A DNA stretch of 64,000 nucleotides from Alphaproteobacteria bacterium (GTDB taxonomy: Bacteria > Pseudomonadota > Alphaproteobacteria > UBA7887): NCBI GenBank assembly GCA_965216755.1, contig CBDCGL010000011.1:1568001-1632000 (forward strand), in the 5' to 3' direction. A program made the position numbers and the translations under genes. Below are positions 48,868 through 59,081 of this stretch, one piece after another (the stretch's first letter is position 1; every line of letters starts with the position of its first letter). A model generated the notes under the pieces. It was not told where the DNA came from. It made no database searches and saw only the letters and a program-made list of their open reading frames with translations.

Positions 48868-50049
48868 TCACGTGCCGAAATACCTGTCCATACGGTCGAA
48901 CGCCGAATTTATCACGTCATCGGCCACGCAAAACGCCATGCGCACACGGCTTTCACCACGCGGACCAAACGCACTACCGGGTGTCACGATTACCTTTGCG
49001 TGTTCAAGAAGATCTATAGCAAATGTGCTGGAATCTTTGTGCGGCACCAGAATTTTTGGAAAGACATAATACGCGCCCTCGGGTTTGACGTAGGAAAAAA
49101 CATGGTTGAGTCGATCGAGGCGTTCACAAATCAATGCGCGGCGGCGCGCCAGCACGGCCTCAAAGGCGGTCAAGTGTACCGGCGGTTCGCTCAATCCAAC
49201 AATCGCAGCAACTTGCGAAATCCTTGGTGTACAAATGATTGTTGCATCGTGAACTTTAAGAACTTCCTTCTTAATGGCCGCCGGTACGATCATATAGCCG
49301 ACTCGCCAACCGCTCATCGCATAGGATTTCGAGAACGTGAACAAGTAAGCGATGTGATCGAAAAGCTCGGTCACCGACGACAAATTGAAGATACGGTCAT
49401 GATTTTCATAGGCAAAATGCGAATAGGGATCGTCGATCAGAATCATCAAGTCACGTTGCCGCGCAACCTGGCCAACATGCCGCAGATCTTGCTCAGAAAA
49501 AATCACGCCCGTGGGATTCGACGGTGTCACCAGAACGATTGCCTTGGATTTTTCGGTGACAAGGCTGTCCAATGCGGCGACATCGAGGCGCCAGCCCCGT
49601 GCCTCATCCATCGGCCAGAAGACCGGCCGGCCGCCGCACAGGCGAATCTGCTGAAAGTGTGACGCGAAACCCGGATCGGTGACGATGATTTCATCACCGG
49701 GGTTGATCAGAACATGAAATAGCGCATTGAGGCCCTGCATGTTGCCAGCGGTGATCATCACATTTCGATCGGCATCCGTAGCAACGCCCGTCGCGTCCTG
49801 ATGCACTTGGGCAACGATATCTCTGAGCTCAGACAAACCGTCGGGCAATGCATATTTGCCGATGTCCGGATCCGCTTCGAGCGCCTTTTCAATGCCACAT
49901 CGAATATGTTCCGGTGTTTCGAACGAGGGCAGCCCCCACGTTAAGGAGGCAGCACCGTCGACTTTCGCACCGCGGATAGCCATCTCCTTGATTGCCGAAA
50001 CAGTGATTCCGGCGACATGCTGAGACACGCGATCCACAGTGGCGGTCAT
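48868..50049 (-). CDS. PLP-dependent aminotransferase class I/II
   Basis: PSNPTG, DDPY, FSKSYAMSGWRVG and VRMAF motifs. Confidence 0.92.
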   Translation of the reverse strand: MTATVDRVSQHVAGITVSAIKEMAIRGAKVDGAASLTWGLPSFETPEHIRCGIEKALEADPDIGKYALPDGLSELRDIVAQVHQDATGVATDADRNVMITAGNMQGLNALFHVLINPGDEIIVTDPGFASHFQQIRLCGGRPVFWPMDEARGWRLDVAALDSLVTEKSKAIVLVTPSNPTGVIFSEQDLRHVGQVARQRDLMILIDDPYSHFAYENHDRIFNLSSVTELFDHIAYLFTFSKSYAMSGWRVGYMIVPAAIKKEVLKVHDATIICTPRISQVAAIVGLSEPPVHLTAFEAVLARRRALICERLDRLNHVFSYVKPEGAYYVFPKILVPHKDSSTFAIDLLEHAKVIVTPGSAFGPRGESRVRMAFCVADDVINSAFDRMDRYFGT

Positions 50050-50107
50050 TGGTAGATCATTCGCATCGAGGTGTTTTTCCCGTCTTTTCGACGCGCTAAT
50101 CCGCACG

Positions 50108-51229
50108 CTAAAGGTTTGGTGAAGACCATCGTCGCGTGGCCATCGCTTTTCGGACACGTACCGAGGCCATCGCGTCGGCCACGGCGCGGGGAGTCACCGC
50201 GTCGCTTTGCGCGCGGCTCAAGACTTGCGATGTATTGAGGCTAATCTTTTCCTCGATGAATTGCAGTGCGGCCGCTTCCGTCCCACCGGCATATTCGACG
50301 GCCGCACAGATCACGCCGCCGGCATTGGCAATGAAATCGGGGATAACCAGCACATTCTTGTTGTGCAACCAGAGTTCCGCTTCGGCGGTCGCCGGTATAT
50401 TCGCGCCTTCCAGAACAAGCTTGGTGGAAAGCTGCTCGACATTGTCGCCGCGCAGCGCATTGGGTCGCGCCGCCGGAATCCAAATGTCACATTCGATGCC
50501 GATGACGGCGTCGCGATCGACTACGACACCGGTATTATGGTCAGCCAGGTGACCACTATCGCGTTTCGTGGCAATCAATGCTTCGATATCCAGACCGTCG
50601 CTATTGTAGACGGCGCCGCGCGAATCCGATGCGGCGACCAAAACAGCGCCCTTCGCGGCTAAGAATCGGGCGGCGTGCTGCCCGACCGCGCCAAAGCCTT
50701 GCACGACAACACGCGCGTTGCGCAAATCCAAATCGCAGAACGGCGCGGCAATGGTCGCCGCCACCGCCAGGCCAAAGCCCGTGGCGCCAATCTCATCGAG
50801 CGGGATTCCACCGAGTTCCCGTGGTAAACCAACAGCTCGACCGATCTCATCCTTCATCCATGCCATGCAGATTTCGTTGGTGCCCATGTCGGGGCCAGCG
50901 ATGTATCCGCTCTCATCGCCGATCGCACACGCGAAGGCGCGAACGATACGTTCTTTTTCGCGTGCCGGCATACGTGGATCACCAAAGATGACCGACTTGC
51001 CACCGCCATGGGACAGGCCGGCAGCCGCGTTCTTGAGTGTCATCGACCGTGCCAAGCCGAAACATTCTTCAACGCTCACGTCGGGCGCCATTCGAACGCC
51101 ACCGATTGCCGGCCCCGCCGCGATATTGTCGACAACGACAACCGCCTTAAGGCCTATCGATGGCTGATAGATTTGGAGAATTCGCTCAGGCCCCAGATCA
51201 TCGCAGAAATCAAATCCCGATCGGCTCAT
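50108..51229 (-). CDS. Glu/Leu/Phe/Val dehydrogenase
   Basis: GGVRM, MTLK, GGGKS, GPDMGT, GFGAVG, EGAN and NAGGVI motifs. Confidence 0.92.
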   Translation of the reverse strand: MSRSGFDFCDDLGPERILQIYQPSIGLKAVVVVDNIAAGPAIGGVRMAPDVSVEECFGLARSMTLKNAAAGLSHGGGKSVIFGDPRMPAREKERIVRAFACAIGDESGYIAGPDMGTNEICMAWMKDEIGRAVGLPRELGGIPLDEIGATGFGLAVAATIAAPFCDLDLRNARVVVQGFGAVGQHAARFLAAKGAVLVAASDSRGAVYNSDGLDIEALIATKRDSGHLADHNTGVVVDRDAVIGIECDIWIPAARPNALRGDNVEQLSTKLVLEGANIPATAEAELWLHNKNVLVIPDFIANAGGVICAAVEYAGGTEAAALQFIEEKISLNTSQVLSRAQSDAVTPRAVADAMASVRVRKAMATRRWSSPNL

Positions 51230-51247
51230 GTACCGCTCTCCTAAACC

Positions 51248-52228
51248 TCAGCCGTATGCCATCACCTTCTCGATTTCGGCCGTGACGCGCGCGATCGAGG
51301 GCATATTGATTCCTTCCAATCTGGGCAGCGGCATGACCGTGTCAAAAGCGGTGACGCGCATGACCGGCGCAACCAAGGACATAATGGCGTCTCGTGCCAG
51401 CCGCGCCGCGATCTCAGCACCGAATCCGCCGGTCAGCGGCGCCTCGTGGACAATGACGCAGCGTCCAGTTGTCTCGACGGATGCCAGAATCCCGGACATA
51501 TCGAGTGGCGACAGCGTCGCGACATCAATGACGGCGCATTCGACACCCTGCCCGGCCATATCGTTGGCGGCGTGCAAGGTCTCTTCGACCATCGCCCCCC
51601 ACGTTACCAATGTCACGTCCGCCCCATCGCGCAACATGACTGGCTGGTCCAGCGAATGTGCCACGCCATCGTCATCAAAGTCCTCTCGCAAAGCGCGATA
51701 AAGCCTTTTGGGCTCTAAGAACACCACCGGATCCGGGTCGTGAATCGCCGCGAGTAGCAAACCGTACGCACGTCGTGGCGACGACGGTATGACGACACGC
51801 AACCCTGGCACATGGGCAAACATTGCCTCGGTGCTTTCTGAATGATGCTCAGGGGCATGGATGCCGCCGCCAAAAGGCGCACGCAGAACCATCGGGCATG
51901 ACAGCCGACCGCGCGTACGATTTCGCAATCGTGACGCATGATTGACCATTTGATCCATGGTCGCGTAAACGAAGCCCATAAACTGAATTTCGACCACTGG
52001 CCGAAATCCTTGCGCAGCCAACCCGATGGCTAGGCCCGCAATGACTGTCTCCGACAGCGGCGTATCGCGAACCCGGTCGGCGCCATACGCGTCCTGCAAT
52101 CCTTCGGTGACACGAAACACGCCACCGTTTCGCCCGATGTCTTCGCCAACCAGGATCACCGACTCATCCTCGCGCAGAGCCCGGGCAAGCGCCAAATTCA
52201 GCGCTTCAACCATGGTCAATTCAGGCAC
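51248..52228 (-). CDS. 2-oxo-acid dehydrogenase E1 beta subunit
   Basis: GEDIG..GGVFR, DTPLSE, EIQF, EHHSES and FLEPK motifs. Confidence 0.93.
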   Translation of the reverse strand: MPELTMVEALNLALARALREDESVILVGEDIGRNGGVFRVTEGLQDAYGADRVRDTPLSETVIAGLAIGLAAQGFRPVVEIQFMGFVYATMDQMVNHASRLRNRTRGRLSCPMVLRAPFGGGIHAPEHHSESTEAMFAHVPGLRVVIPSSPRRAYGLLLAAIHDPDPVVFLEPKRLYRALREDFDDDGVAHSLDQPVMLRDGADVTLVTWGAMVEETLHAANDMAGQGVECAVIDVATLSPLDMSGILASVETTGRCVIVHEAPLTGGFGAEIAARLARDAIMSLVAPVMRVTAFDTVMPLPRLEGINMPSIARVTAEIEKVMAYG

Positions 52229-53318
52229 GCGCGTCGTCCTTCGCGATCAAGTCCGCACGCTGAGCGGCAAGTGGTTCCGGTAGTTGCGCAAATAACGAAT
52301 CGAATGCTGCTTGTGGCCGCTCGCGGTCGAAAGCAAGATAGGTCGCCGCGGCTTGATCGATCAGCTCATGACATGAGGTCAGCAAGCGTTCTTCATCGGC
52401 AGCCGTCCAATCATGCATAGCGGTCAGAAATGCGCGAGATCGAGCGATCGGCTCCGCGTGCCAATGGTGACGGACCTCGTTCTCGTCACGATAGCGGCGC
52501 GCATCGTCGACCGTCGTGTGATCGCTGAGCCGATAGGTCTCAGCCTCGATCAAGGTTGGCTCGCGCGCTGTCCGCGCGCGCTCCAACGCGTCCCTCACCC
52601 CTTCGTAAACCGCAACAACATCGTTACCGTCGACACGCATACCGGCAATTCCGGCAGCCATCGCCTTGTGTGCCAATGTCACCGCACGGGATTGCCGCGA
52701 ACGTGGCTGCGAAATCGCCCAGCCGTTATTGTTGACAAGAAAGACGACAGGCAGCGCCCAGACGCCGGCTAGATTGATGGCTTCGTAGAAATCGCCTTTC
52801 GATGTGGCGCCGTCGCCGAGAATACAAACAGCCGCACGCTGTTGACCCCGCAACTTCATCGCCAACGCGACGCCAACGGCGTGCGGCGCATGACTGGCGA
52901 TAGGAATGCTGACCGGAAAATCCTCCCGCGGCCCAGCAAAATTACTGCCTCGCTCATCGCCGCCCCAATATTGGAAGAGCTCGGCCGGCGTCACGCCGCG
53001 TACCAGCTGCGCGCCATGTTCGCGGAACGATGGCAGCAAGACGTCGGCGTCGTCCATGGCGCGCGCCGCGCCGACGCCCACGGCTTCCTGCCCCAATGTC
53101 GACGCAAAAGTACCAAGGCGTCCGGTACGCTGCAGTGCGATTGCCCGCTGATCGAAAACGCGTGTCTGCACCATGGCTCGATAGAGGGCAATAAGGGCAT
53201 TTCGGTCACGCGCGATCGCGGGAAGGTCAGCGACCACGCGTCCTTCGGCATCCACAAAACGCAGCAAGGGGTAGTCATCCGCGACGGCAGCACGGCCAAT
53301 GTAAGAACTGTCACCCAA
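52221..53318 (-). CDS. 2-oxo-acid dehydrogenase E1 alpha subunit
   Basis: QRTGR, GQEA, GDGATS..NN TPP motif, YRLSDHTT. Confidence 0.93.
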   Translation of the reverse strand: MGDSSYIGRAAVADDYPLLRFVDAEGRVVADLPAIARDRNALIALYRAMVQTRVFDQRAIALQRTGRLGTFASTLGQEAVGVGAARAMDDADVLLPSFREHGAQLVRGVTPAELFQYWGGDERGSNFAGPREDFPVSIPIASHAPHAVGVALAMKLRGQQRAAVCILGDGATSKGDFYEAINLAGVWALPVVFLVNNNGWAISQPRSRQSRAVTLAHKAMAAGIAGMRVDGNDVVAVYEGVRDALERARTAREPTLIEAETYRLSDHTTVDDARRYRDENEVRHHWHAEPIARSRAFLTAMHDWTAADEERLLTSCHELIDQAAATYLAFDRERPQAAFDSLFAQLPEPLAAQRADLIAKDDARA

Positions 53319-55005
53319 GCCCCAGTTCCTCCGCCATCATATCGCGCATGACGAATTTCTTGACCTTTCCCGTCACGGTCATCGGGAATGCTTCGACAAA
53401 CTTGATGTACCGCGGGATCTTGAAATGCGCGATCTTGCCTCGGCAGAATGCGCGAATTTCCTCTTCTGTCGCGGATTGCCCTTCGCGCAGTTTGATCCAT
53501 GCGCATACTTCCTCGCCGAACTTGGGATCCGGCACACCAATGACCTCGACTTCATCGATCTTCGGGTGCTGATACAAAAACTCCTCGATTTCACGTGGGA
53601 ATATGTTCTCACCGCCTCTGATCAGCATGTCTTTGATGCGCCCAACAATGCGACAATAGCCTTCGTCGTCCAGCGTCGCGGTATCGCCACTGGCAATCCA
53701 ACCTGCATCATCGATCGCTTTGCTCGTCCGCGCCGGATCGTTCCAGTATTTTGGCATCACGCAATAGCCGCGGGTCTTGAGTTCTCCGGCAACGTCACGC
53801 GGCACCATCCGGTTGTTTTCATCGACAATCTTGATTTCGATATGGGGCAGTACGCGCCCTACGGTTTCGGTGCGCCGCGCAATCGTGTCGCTGACCGAAG
53901 TTTGAAAGCTGACCGGGCCCGTTTCCGTCATGCCGTAGGCAATCGTGATCTGCTGGAGATGAAGGTCGGCCATCACCCGATGCATCAATTCAACCGGACA
54001 GGGCGCCCCGGCCATGATCCCGGTCCGCAGGGTGGCGACGTTACCGGGCGCCTGTTCCCTTGCATCCAATACGCCAATGAACATGGTCGGCACGCCATGC
54101 AACGCAGTGCATTTTTCGGTAGCGATCGCAGCCAGCACAGCGTGCGCATCAAAACTCTCGGATGGAAACACCATCGCCGCGCCGTGGGCAACACAACACA
54201 ATGCGCCCAATGCCATGCCGAAACAGTGATACATCGGAACCGGAATACACAACCGGTCTGCCTCTGAGAAAGCCATCTGTTTGCCAACGAAGTATGCATT
54301 GTTGACGATATTGTGGTGTGTCAATGTGGCAGCCTTCGGCGCACCCGTCGTCCCACTGGTAAATTGAATGTTGATGGGATCGTCAAATTGCAGCCGCGCC
54401 GAAACTTCTCTCAGCTGTGCGCGATGACTTGCCGTCGCACGACAGGCAACCGAGTCGAAAGTGATCATACCGCGCGGTTCAATGTCGCCCAAACAGATGA
54501 CCCATCGCAATGATGGGACCCGCGCCGCCTTGACATTGCCGGGCGCGGCCGTCGCCAGCTCTGGAATCAACTCGTTGAGCATGGCGACATAGTCACTTGA
54601 CTTCAGCGCGGGCGTCGTGATCAGGGCGCGACAGCCGACGGTATTCAGCGCGTATTCCAATTCCGGCAGCCGATAGGCGGGATTTATGTTGACCAGGATA
54701 AGACCCGCCTTTGCTGTAGCAAATTGTGTGACGACCCACTCCGCCAGGTTTGGCGCCCAGATACCCACTCGATCGCCCGATTCGAGACCAAGTGCAAGCA
54801 GTCCGGCAGCAACTTCATCGACCCTGTCGCGCAGGTCCGCATAACTCCAATGGATATTTTGATGACAGACGATTAGGGCATCCCGGTCACCGTATTGCTC
54901 GACCGTACGATCGAACAATGCCCCAACTGTCTCGCCCAAGAGTGGGATGTGGCTGGTGCCATGTACGTAACTTCGGGCCGCTTGTGGCATCACGTTGGCG
55001 ATCAC
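53311..55005 (-). CDS. AMP-forming acyl-CoA synthetase
   Basis: FTSGTTGAPK, YGMTET, SGD, GRIKD..RGGEN and TGKV motifs. Confidence 0.93.
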   Translation of the reverse strand: MIANVMPQAARSYVHGTSHIPLLGETVGALFDRTVEQYGDRDALIVCHQNIHWSYADLRDRVDEVAAGLLALGLESGDRVGIWAPNLAEWVVTQFATAKAGLILVNINPAYRLPELEYALNTVGCRALITTPALKSSDYVAMLNELIPELATAAPGNVKAARVPSLRWVICLGDIEPRGMITFDSVACRATASHRAQLREVSARLQFDDPINIQFTSGTTGAPKAATLTHHNIVNNAYFVGKQMAFSEADRLCIPVPMYHCFGMALGALCCVAHGAAMVFPSESFDAHAVLAAIATEKCTALHGVPTMFIGVLDAREQAPGNVATLRTGIMAGAPCPVELMHRVMADLHLQQITIAYGMTETGPVSFQTSVSDTIARRTETVGRVLPHIEIKIVDENNRMVPRDVAGELKTRGYCVMPKYWNDPARTSKAIDDAGWIASGDTATLDDEGYCRIVGRIKDMLIRGGENIFPREIEEFLYQHPKIDEVEVIGVPDPKFGEEVCAWIKLREGQSATEEEIRAFCRGKIAHFKIPRYIKFVEAFPMTVTGKVKKFVMRDMMAEELGLG

Positions 55006-55057
55006 TTGCCGAATCTTTCAAGAAGCGAAAGAGTGCTGTGAACGCTGTTGCAATGCG

Positions 55058-55071
55058 TTGATATGAATCAA
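55058..55071. promoter_or_regulatory. FNR/FixK-type binding site
   Basis: TTGAT-ATGA-ATCAA, an exact match to TTGAT-N4-ATCAA, about 52 bp upstream of the minus-strand operon. Confidence 0.8.
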
Positions 55072-55143
55072 CCTGGATCTAAGTTCCGCAACGAGTCAGT
55101 AGAGTACACGCTGGACCGCTGTGTACCTTCGTTCTAGCGCACT

Positions 55144-55485
55144 CTACTGCGCCTCACGCGCCTTGGTCGCTTGGATGATCGGCCAGAAATCGTAACCGAC
55201 ATACACTTCACTCTTGAACGTCGTGTAGCTGCTGGACTCGAGCGCGCGATTTACGTCACGCACTTTGCCGGGCGGCACGGCCAACGTCACCACATGACCA
55301 AAACTCATCAATTGGTACCAACTTATGACCTCGACCCCTTGCGGCGGAAACTTCTGAAAGAAACCATTCTTGCGCAGGTTGATACCCATTTCCTCAAGGG
55401 TCAGCTGTTGGGTGTGCTTCAGAAAAATAGTCAGCATGACCCTATCGGGGTCCGATCCGATCGTGGCTGGATCTTGGTCTGCCAT
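55144..55485 (-). CDS. Small hypothetical alpha/beta protein
   Basis: GGAGGA RBS; LTIFLKH and FPP.GVEV.SWY patterns; no function assigned. Confidence 0.7.
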   Translation of the reverse strand: MADQDPATIGSDPDRVMLTIFLKHTQQLTLEEMGINLRKNGFFQKFPPQGVEVISWYQLMSFGHVVTLAVPPGKVRDVNRALESSSYTTFKSEVYVGYDFWPIIQATKAREAQ

Positions 55486-55682
55486 TGCACGTCCTCCGAT
55501 TACGAAATATTCGATATTGTGAGGTCAGTATCGCGATCCTCCGTTTACTATTGGCTGTTTCTATTGTTTCAAGCCACCAATGCTAAGATCCGCGATAGCT
55601 GTTAAGTCTTATTCGTTATCGGCGACTAGGACTTGGGCCAACACCTGCCGACCGGACCGCGCGCATGTTGACAACATTGCGG

Positions 55683-56969
55683 TCATCCGATGGCCCCGAT
55701 GAGCCGCGGAAACCACAGTACCAATGACGGGCTCAAAGACGCGACGATCAATACAACAAGATGACTGACAAAAAACGGCACTGACTCGCGAATTGTGGAT
55801 TCGTACGACACTTCGGCGATCCGCGACGCGGTCATCAGGGTCATACCGACGGGCGGCGTAATATTGCCCATGTTAAGGGCCAAGAGCATGACCATGGCGA
55901 AATGCAAAGGATGGAAGCCAAGCTCAATCATCGCTGGCGCCAGCACCGGTGCCGCAATGACAACAGCCGGCAAAACGTCGACGACCATACCGAGCACGAG
56001 TAGTAGGGCATTCACAGCAAGAATCTGAACTGTGGGATCACGACTGATCAGCGTAATCAACTCGGCGGCTTCGCGTGCGACGCCTGAACGGGTGACGAAC
56101 CAACCCAACACTGTCGACGCGCCAAGAAGCAAAAACACCACACCGGAAAAACGTACAGTCGACAAAAGCGACTCCCAAACGTCGCGCCAACCAATGGCGC
56201 GATAACCCAAAACACCGACGGCCAGCGTATAGATGGCGCCCAAGGCACCAGCTTCGGTCAATGTGGTCAATCCGCTTAAGATGCCGCCAATGATGAGCAG
56301 CGGAATGCCAAAAGCCGGCAATGTCGCGATACCTGTCAACAACATGAACCGGAACGATATCCCCGCATGCCGCGCGTAACCGCGTCGCCACGACAGCAGT
56401 CCACTGACCACCAACAAAGCACCGCCCATAACAAGACCAGGGACCAATCCGGCGGCAAACAAGCTCAGCACGGAAACATCACGCAGGGTCGACGCGTAGA
56501 CGATCATGATGATGCTGGGCGGAATGATCGGTCCGATGATCGATGAACACGCAGTCACAGCCGCGCTATACGCGGCCCCATAACCCTCCTTCTTCATCGA
56601 GGGGATCAGGGTTTTGCCTATGGCGACCGTGTCGGTGACGGCGGCCCCCGTAATGCCGGCGAAAAATACACTGACAAGGATGTTCACATGTGAAAGGGCG
56701 CCCGGGATACGGCCGATCAAGCTGTTCGCAAACGCGACCAAGCGATCGGTCAGGCCCGCGCGGTTCATGATCTCCGCCGTAAAAATGAAATACGGGACGG
56801 CGATCAGAAAAAATCCAGAGACGCCGGCATAGAAACGATCGGCGACGATTTCCAAAAAATCGATTCCGCCGAACTGGACCGCGCCCGCCAATCCTGCCGC
56901 GACCATAACCAAGCCAATCGGCAAGCCGATGAGCAGCAGAACACCAAAAACTGTAATCGCGAGGCTCAA
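55683..56969 (-). CDS. dctM: TRAP transporter large permease
   Basis: Multi-TM protein with IIGPIIPPS and ITPPVG motifs. Confidence 0.93.
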   Translation of the reverse strand: MSLAITVFGVLLLIGLPIGLVMVAAGLAGAVQFGGIDFLEIVADRFYAGVSGFFLIAVPYFIFTAEIMNRAGLTDRLVAFANSLIGRIPGALSHVNILVSVFFAGITGAAVTDTVAIGKTLIPSMKKEGYGAAYSAAVTACSSIIGPIIPPSIIMIVYASTLRDVSVLSLFAAGLVPGLVMGGALLVVSGLLSWRRGYARHAGISFRFMLLTGIATLPAFGIPLLIIGGILSGLTTLTEAGALGAIYTLAVGVLGYRAIGWRDVWESLLSTVRFSGVVFLLLGASTVLGWFVTRSGVAREAAELITLISRDPTVQILAVNALLLVLGMVVDVLPAVVIAAPVLAPAMIELGFHPLHFAMVMLLALNMGNITPPVGMTLMTASRIAEVSYESTIRESVPFFVSHLVVLIVASLSPSLVLWFPRLIGAIG

Positions 56970-57490
56970 AGATTGATGCCCGACGACCGGGAGGCGTTTT
57001 CGTCAACCGGCCGGCTGCCCACCAATGCGATGCCGTCGACGACATGAATAAGAAGGATCAGACCACCAACCGGAACCGCGGCGGCGACCCATTTGTGCGA
57101 GATCTGTATCCGATCCGACACCATGAACAGCTGATCCGCATCAAGAAAGTATCCGAGGCCGTACCACAATAGGGCCACCGCAAACGCGGCAATCAACACG
57201 ATGTTGACCATGTTGGCTACTGCCTGAAGCGAGGCTGGCATCCGACGCGTCAAAATTGTCATGGCAACATGTTCGCCACGCTTGAAAGCGACCGTGACAC
57301 TGAGCAGTGCGATCCACGGCACAAACAAGCGCGCCAGCGAGTATGTCCAAGAAAGCGGCGATCCGGCGAAGAAATTGTGGGCGATACCCGTAATGGATAT
57401 CCCAAACATGACCACGATCAGCGCAATACACCAAATGATGGAAAGGCGATCCACCCAATCGCTGAGCCACCGCCAGCGCTTCAGCACCAC
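56966..57490 (-). CDS. dctQ: TRAP transporter small permease
   Basis: Four TM segments, W..LARL and RGEHV motifs; between dctP and dctM. Confidence 0.88.
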   Translation of the reverse strand: MVLKRWRWLSDWVDRLSIIWCIALIVVMFGISITGIAHNFFAGSPLSWTYSLARLFVPWIALLSVTVAFKRGEHVAMTILTRRMPASLQAVANMVNIVLIAAFAVALLWYGLGYFLDADQLFMVSDRIQISHKWVAAAVPVGGLILLIHVVDGIALVGSRPVDENASRSSGINL

Positions 57491-57500
57491 GTTGGCGATC

Positions 57501-58583
57501 CTAGCGCAGGTAACTGTCGCGCGAGCTTGTCTCTAAGTCGGCGGCGACGGCGTCGACGGCTGCCCAGAACGCATCAACCTCAGCGGCTTCGATGCCGAAA
57601 TCATCTGTGATCCACGCCTTGAACGCTGGTCGTGTCGCATCGCGCATGCGCGCCTTTTCTGCCGCTGACAAGACATGGCAGGCCTCGAAATTGTCGCAAG
57701 ACTCGTTCCAACCGCGAACGCTCATCAATGCCGCAATGCCGTGGGCCATCGACACCGCTTCACGTGCGGCCACAACAATCGACGCCTTGTGCTCTTCCGA
57801 CAAGCCGGTAAACCATGCCTCACTGACCAGCCACGTCAATGTGTTGTACACATGTCCTGACCAGGTTGTGTAATCGTTGACTTCCCAAAGCTTAAACGAC
57901 GCGCTTACACCGGGCGCGTTGAACTGACCATCTGCCAGACCCGTCGCCAAGGCGGTCGGCACTTCGCCCCATGGCAGTGGCGTCGCGCTGGCGCCGAGTG
58001 CCCGCATCGTGGCGATGTGCGCAGGGTTCTCCTCGACCCGTATGTTCAGACCGGCCACATCCTCGACCGTCTTGATGAGTCGCTTGTTGTTGGTAAATGC
58101 GACAAAGCCACCACCATCATCCATTGTGCCCAAATAGCGCAGTCCTGCCTGGTCGACGGCGCCGCTCATGAAGTCGGCGAACCAACGCGAGTCAAAAAAG
58201 CGCCACGCCACCTCATAGCTGGGAAACAGGAAAGGTGTCGCGACGATCTGATATTGTTTGTAGAAAGATGACATGGCGCCAGACGAAATGACCACTGACT
58301 GGACCGTTTTGCCGCCTTGTGCCTGCTTGCCTGTTTCAACTTCTGACCCCAGCGAACCGGCACCGAATATCTGCACCTCTACTTCGCCGGAGGTTGCGGT
58401 CTCAACGAGTTGTTTGAAATGGAGCAAGGCGGGATGGACATCGTTGTCCATGTTCTCAGGATAAAGGTGGGCGATTGCCATGGTCTCCGCGCGAACGACG
58501 CCCGCCGCAATCGCCATCCAACCGAGGATCAACACCACCAACAACGCACAATGCGATCCGCGATTTGTAAAATTGGCGACCAT
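57501..58583 (-). CDS. dctP: TRAP substrate-binding protein
   Basis: Signal peptide; GLNIRV and PLPWGEV..ALATG..DG motifs. Confidence 0.9.
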   Translation of the reverse strand: MVANFTNRGSHCALLVVLILGWMAIAAGVVRAETMAIAHLYPENMDNDVHPALLHFKQLVETATSGEVEVQIFGAGSLGSEVETGKQAQGGKTVQSVVISSGAMSSFYKQYQIVATPFLFPSYEVAWRFFDSRWFADFMSGAVDQAGLRYLGTMDDGGGFVAFTNNKRLIKTVEDVAGLNIRVEENPAHIATMRALGASATPLPWGEVPTALATGLADGQFNAPGVSASFKLWEVNDYTTWSGHVYNTLTWLVSEAWFTGLSEEHKASIVVAAREAVSMAHGIAALMSVRGWNESCDNFEACHVLSAAEKARMRDATRPAFKAWITDDFGIEAAEVDAFWAAVDAVAADLETSSRDSYLR

Positions 58584-59081
58584 CGCTCCCTCCCCTTCGC
58601 GAACAAGCTGCGGTGAAACTGTCGCAGGCCAGCGAACGCGGGTCAATCGGCCATTGCGGATCGCTGTTGCCGCTTCGGTAAGGGCACGCACGAAACATCG
58701 AGGTTCCAAGTCATCGTCCGTCGCGCGGCCAATGACGAGTATTCATTTACATCGACAATCTCTGATTGGAGCATTGGGTCTCGACGCGAGACCACAATGC
58801 GAAGTTGCGAAAATCACGGAATGATTTCAGTTACTTGCGTCCCGCAGGCGATTCTTTTTTGGTCAATATCAGGGCAGCAAAATTCGAATTAGTGGACCAG
58901 AATTATCGGGCATCGTGCAAACAAATAAACGGTTTCATTGTGCACCGCACCGTGGTTTTCCCAGGTATCTTTTCAGCGATCGCATGACAAGTCAGTGGCG
59001 CTGGCCGGCTATTGGCATGTACGATGTCGGCGTTTAGCCCGTTTTCATAGTCGTATCCTGCTGAGTGGAACCGAAGTTACC

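Noticed and set aside
59012-59027. Sigma54-like TGGCA upstream of the Rieske gene
   Set aside because: The -12 TTGC element is missing (ATGT)
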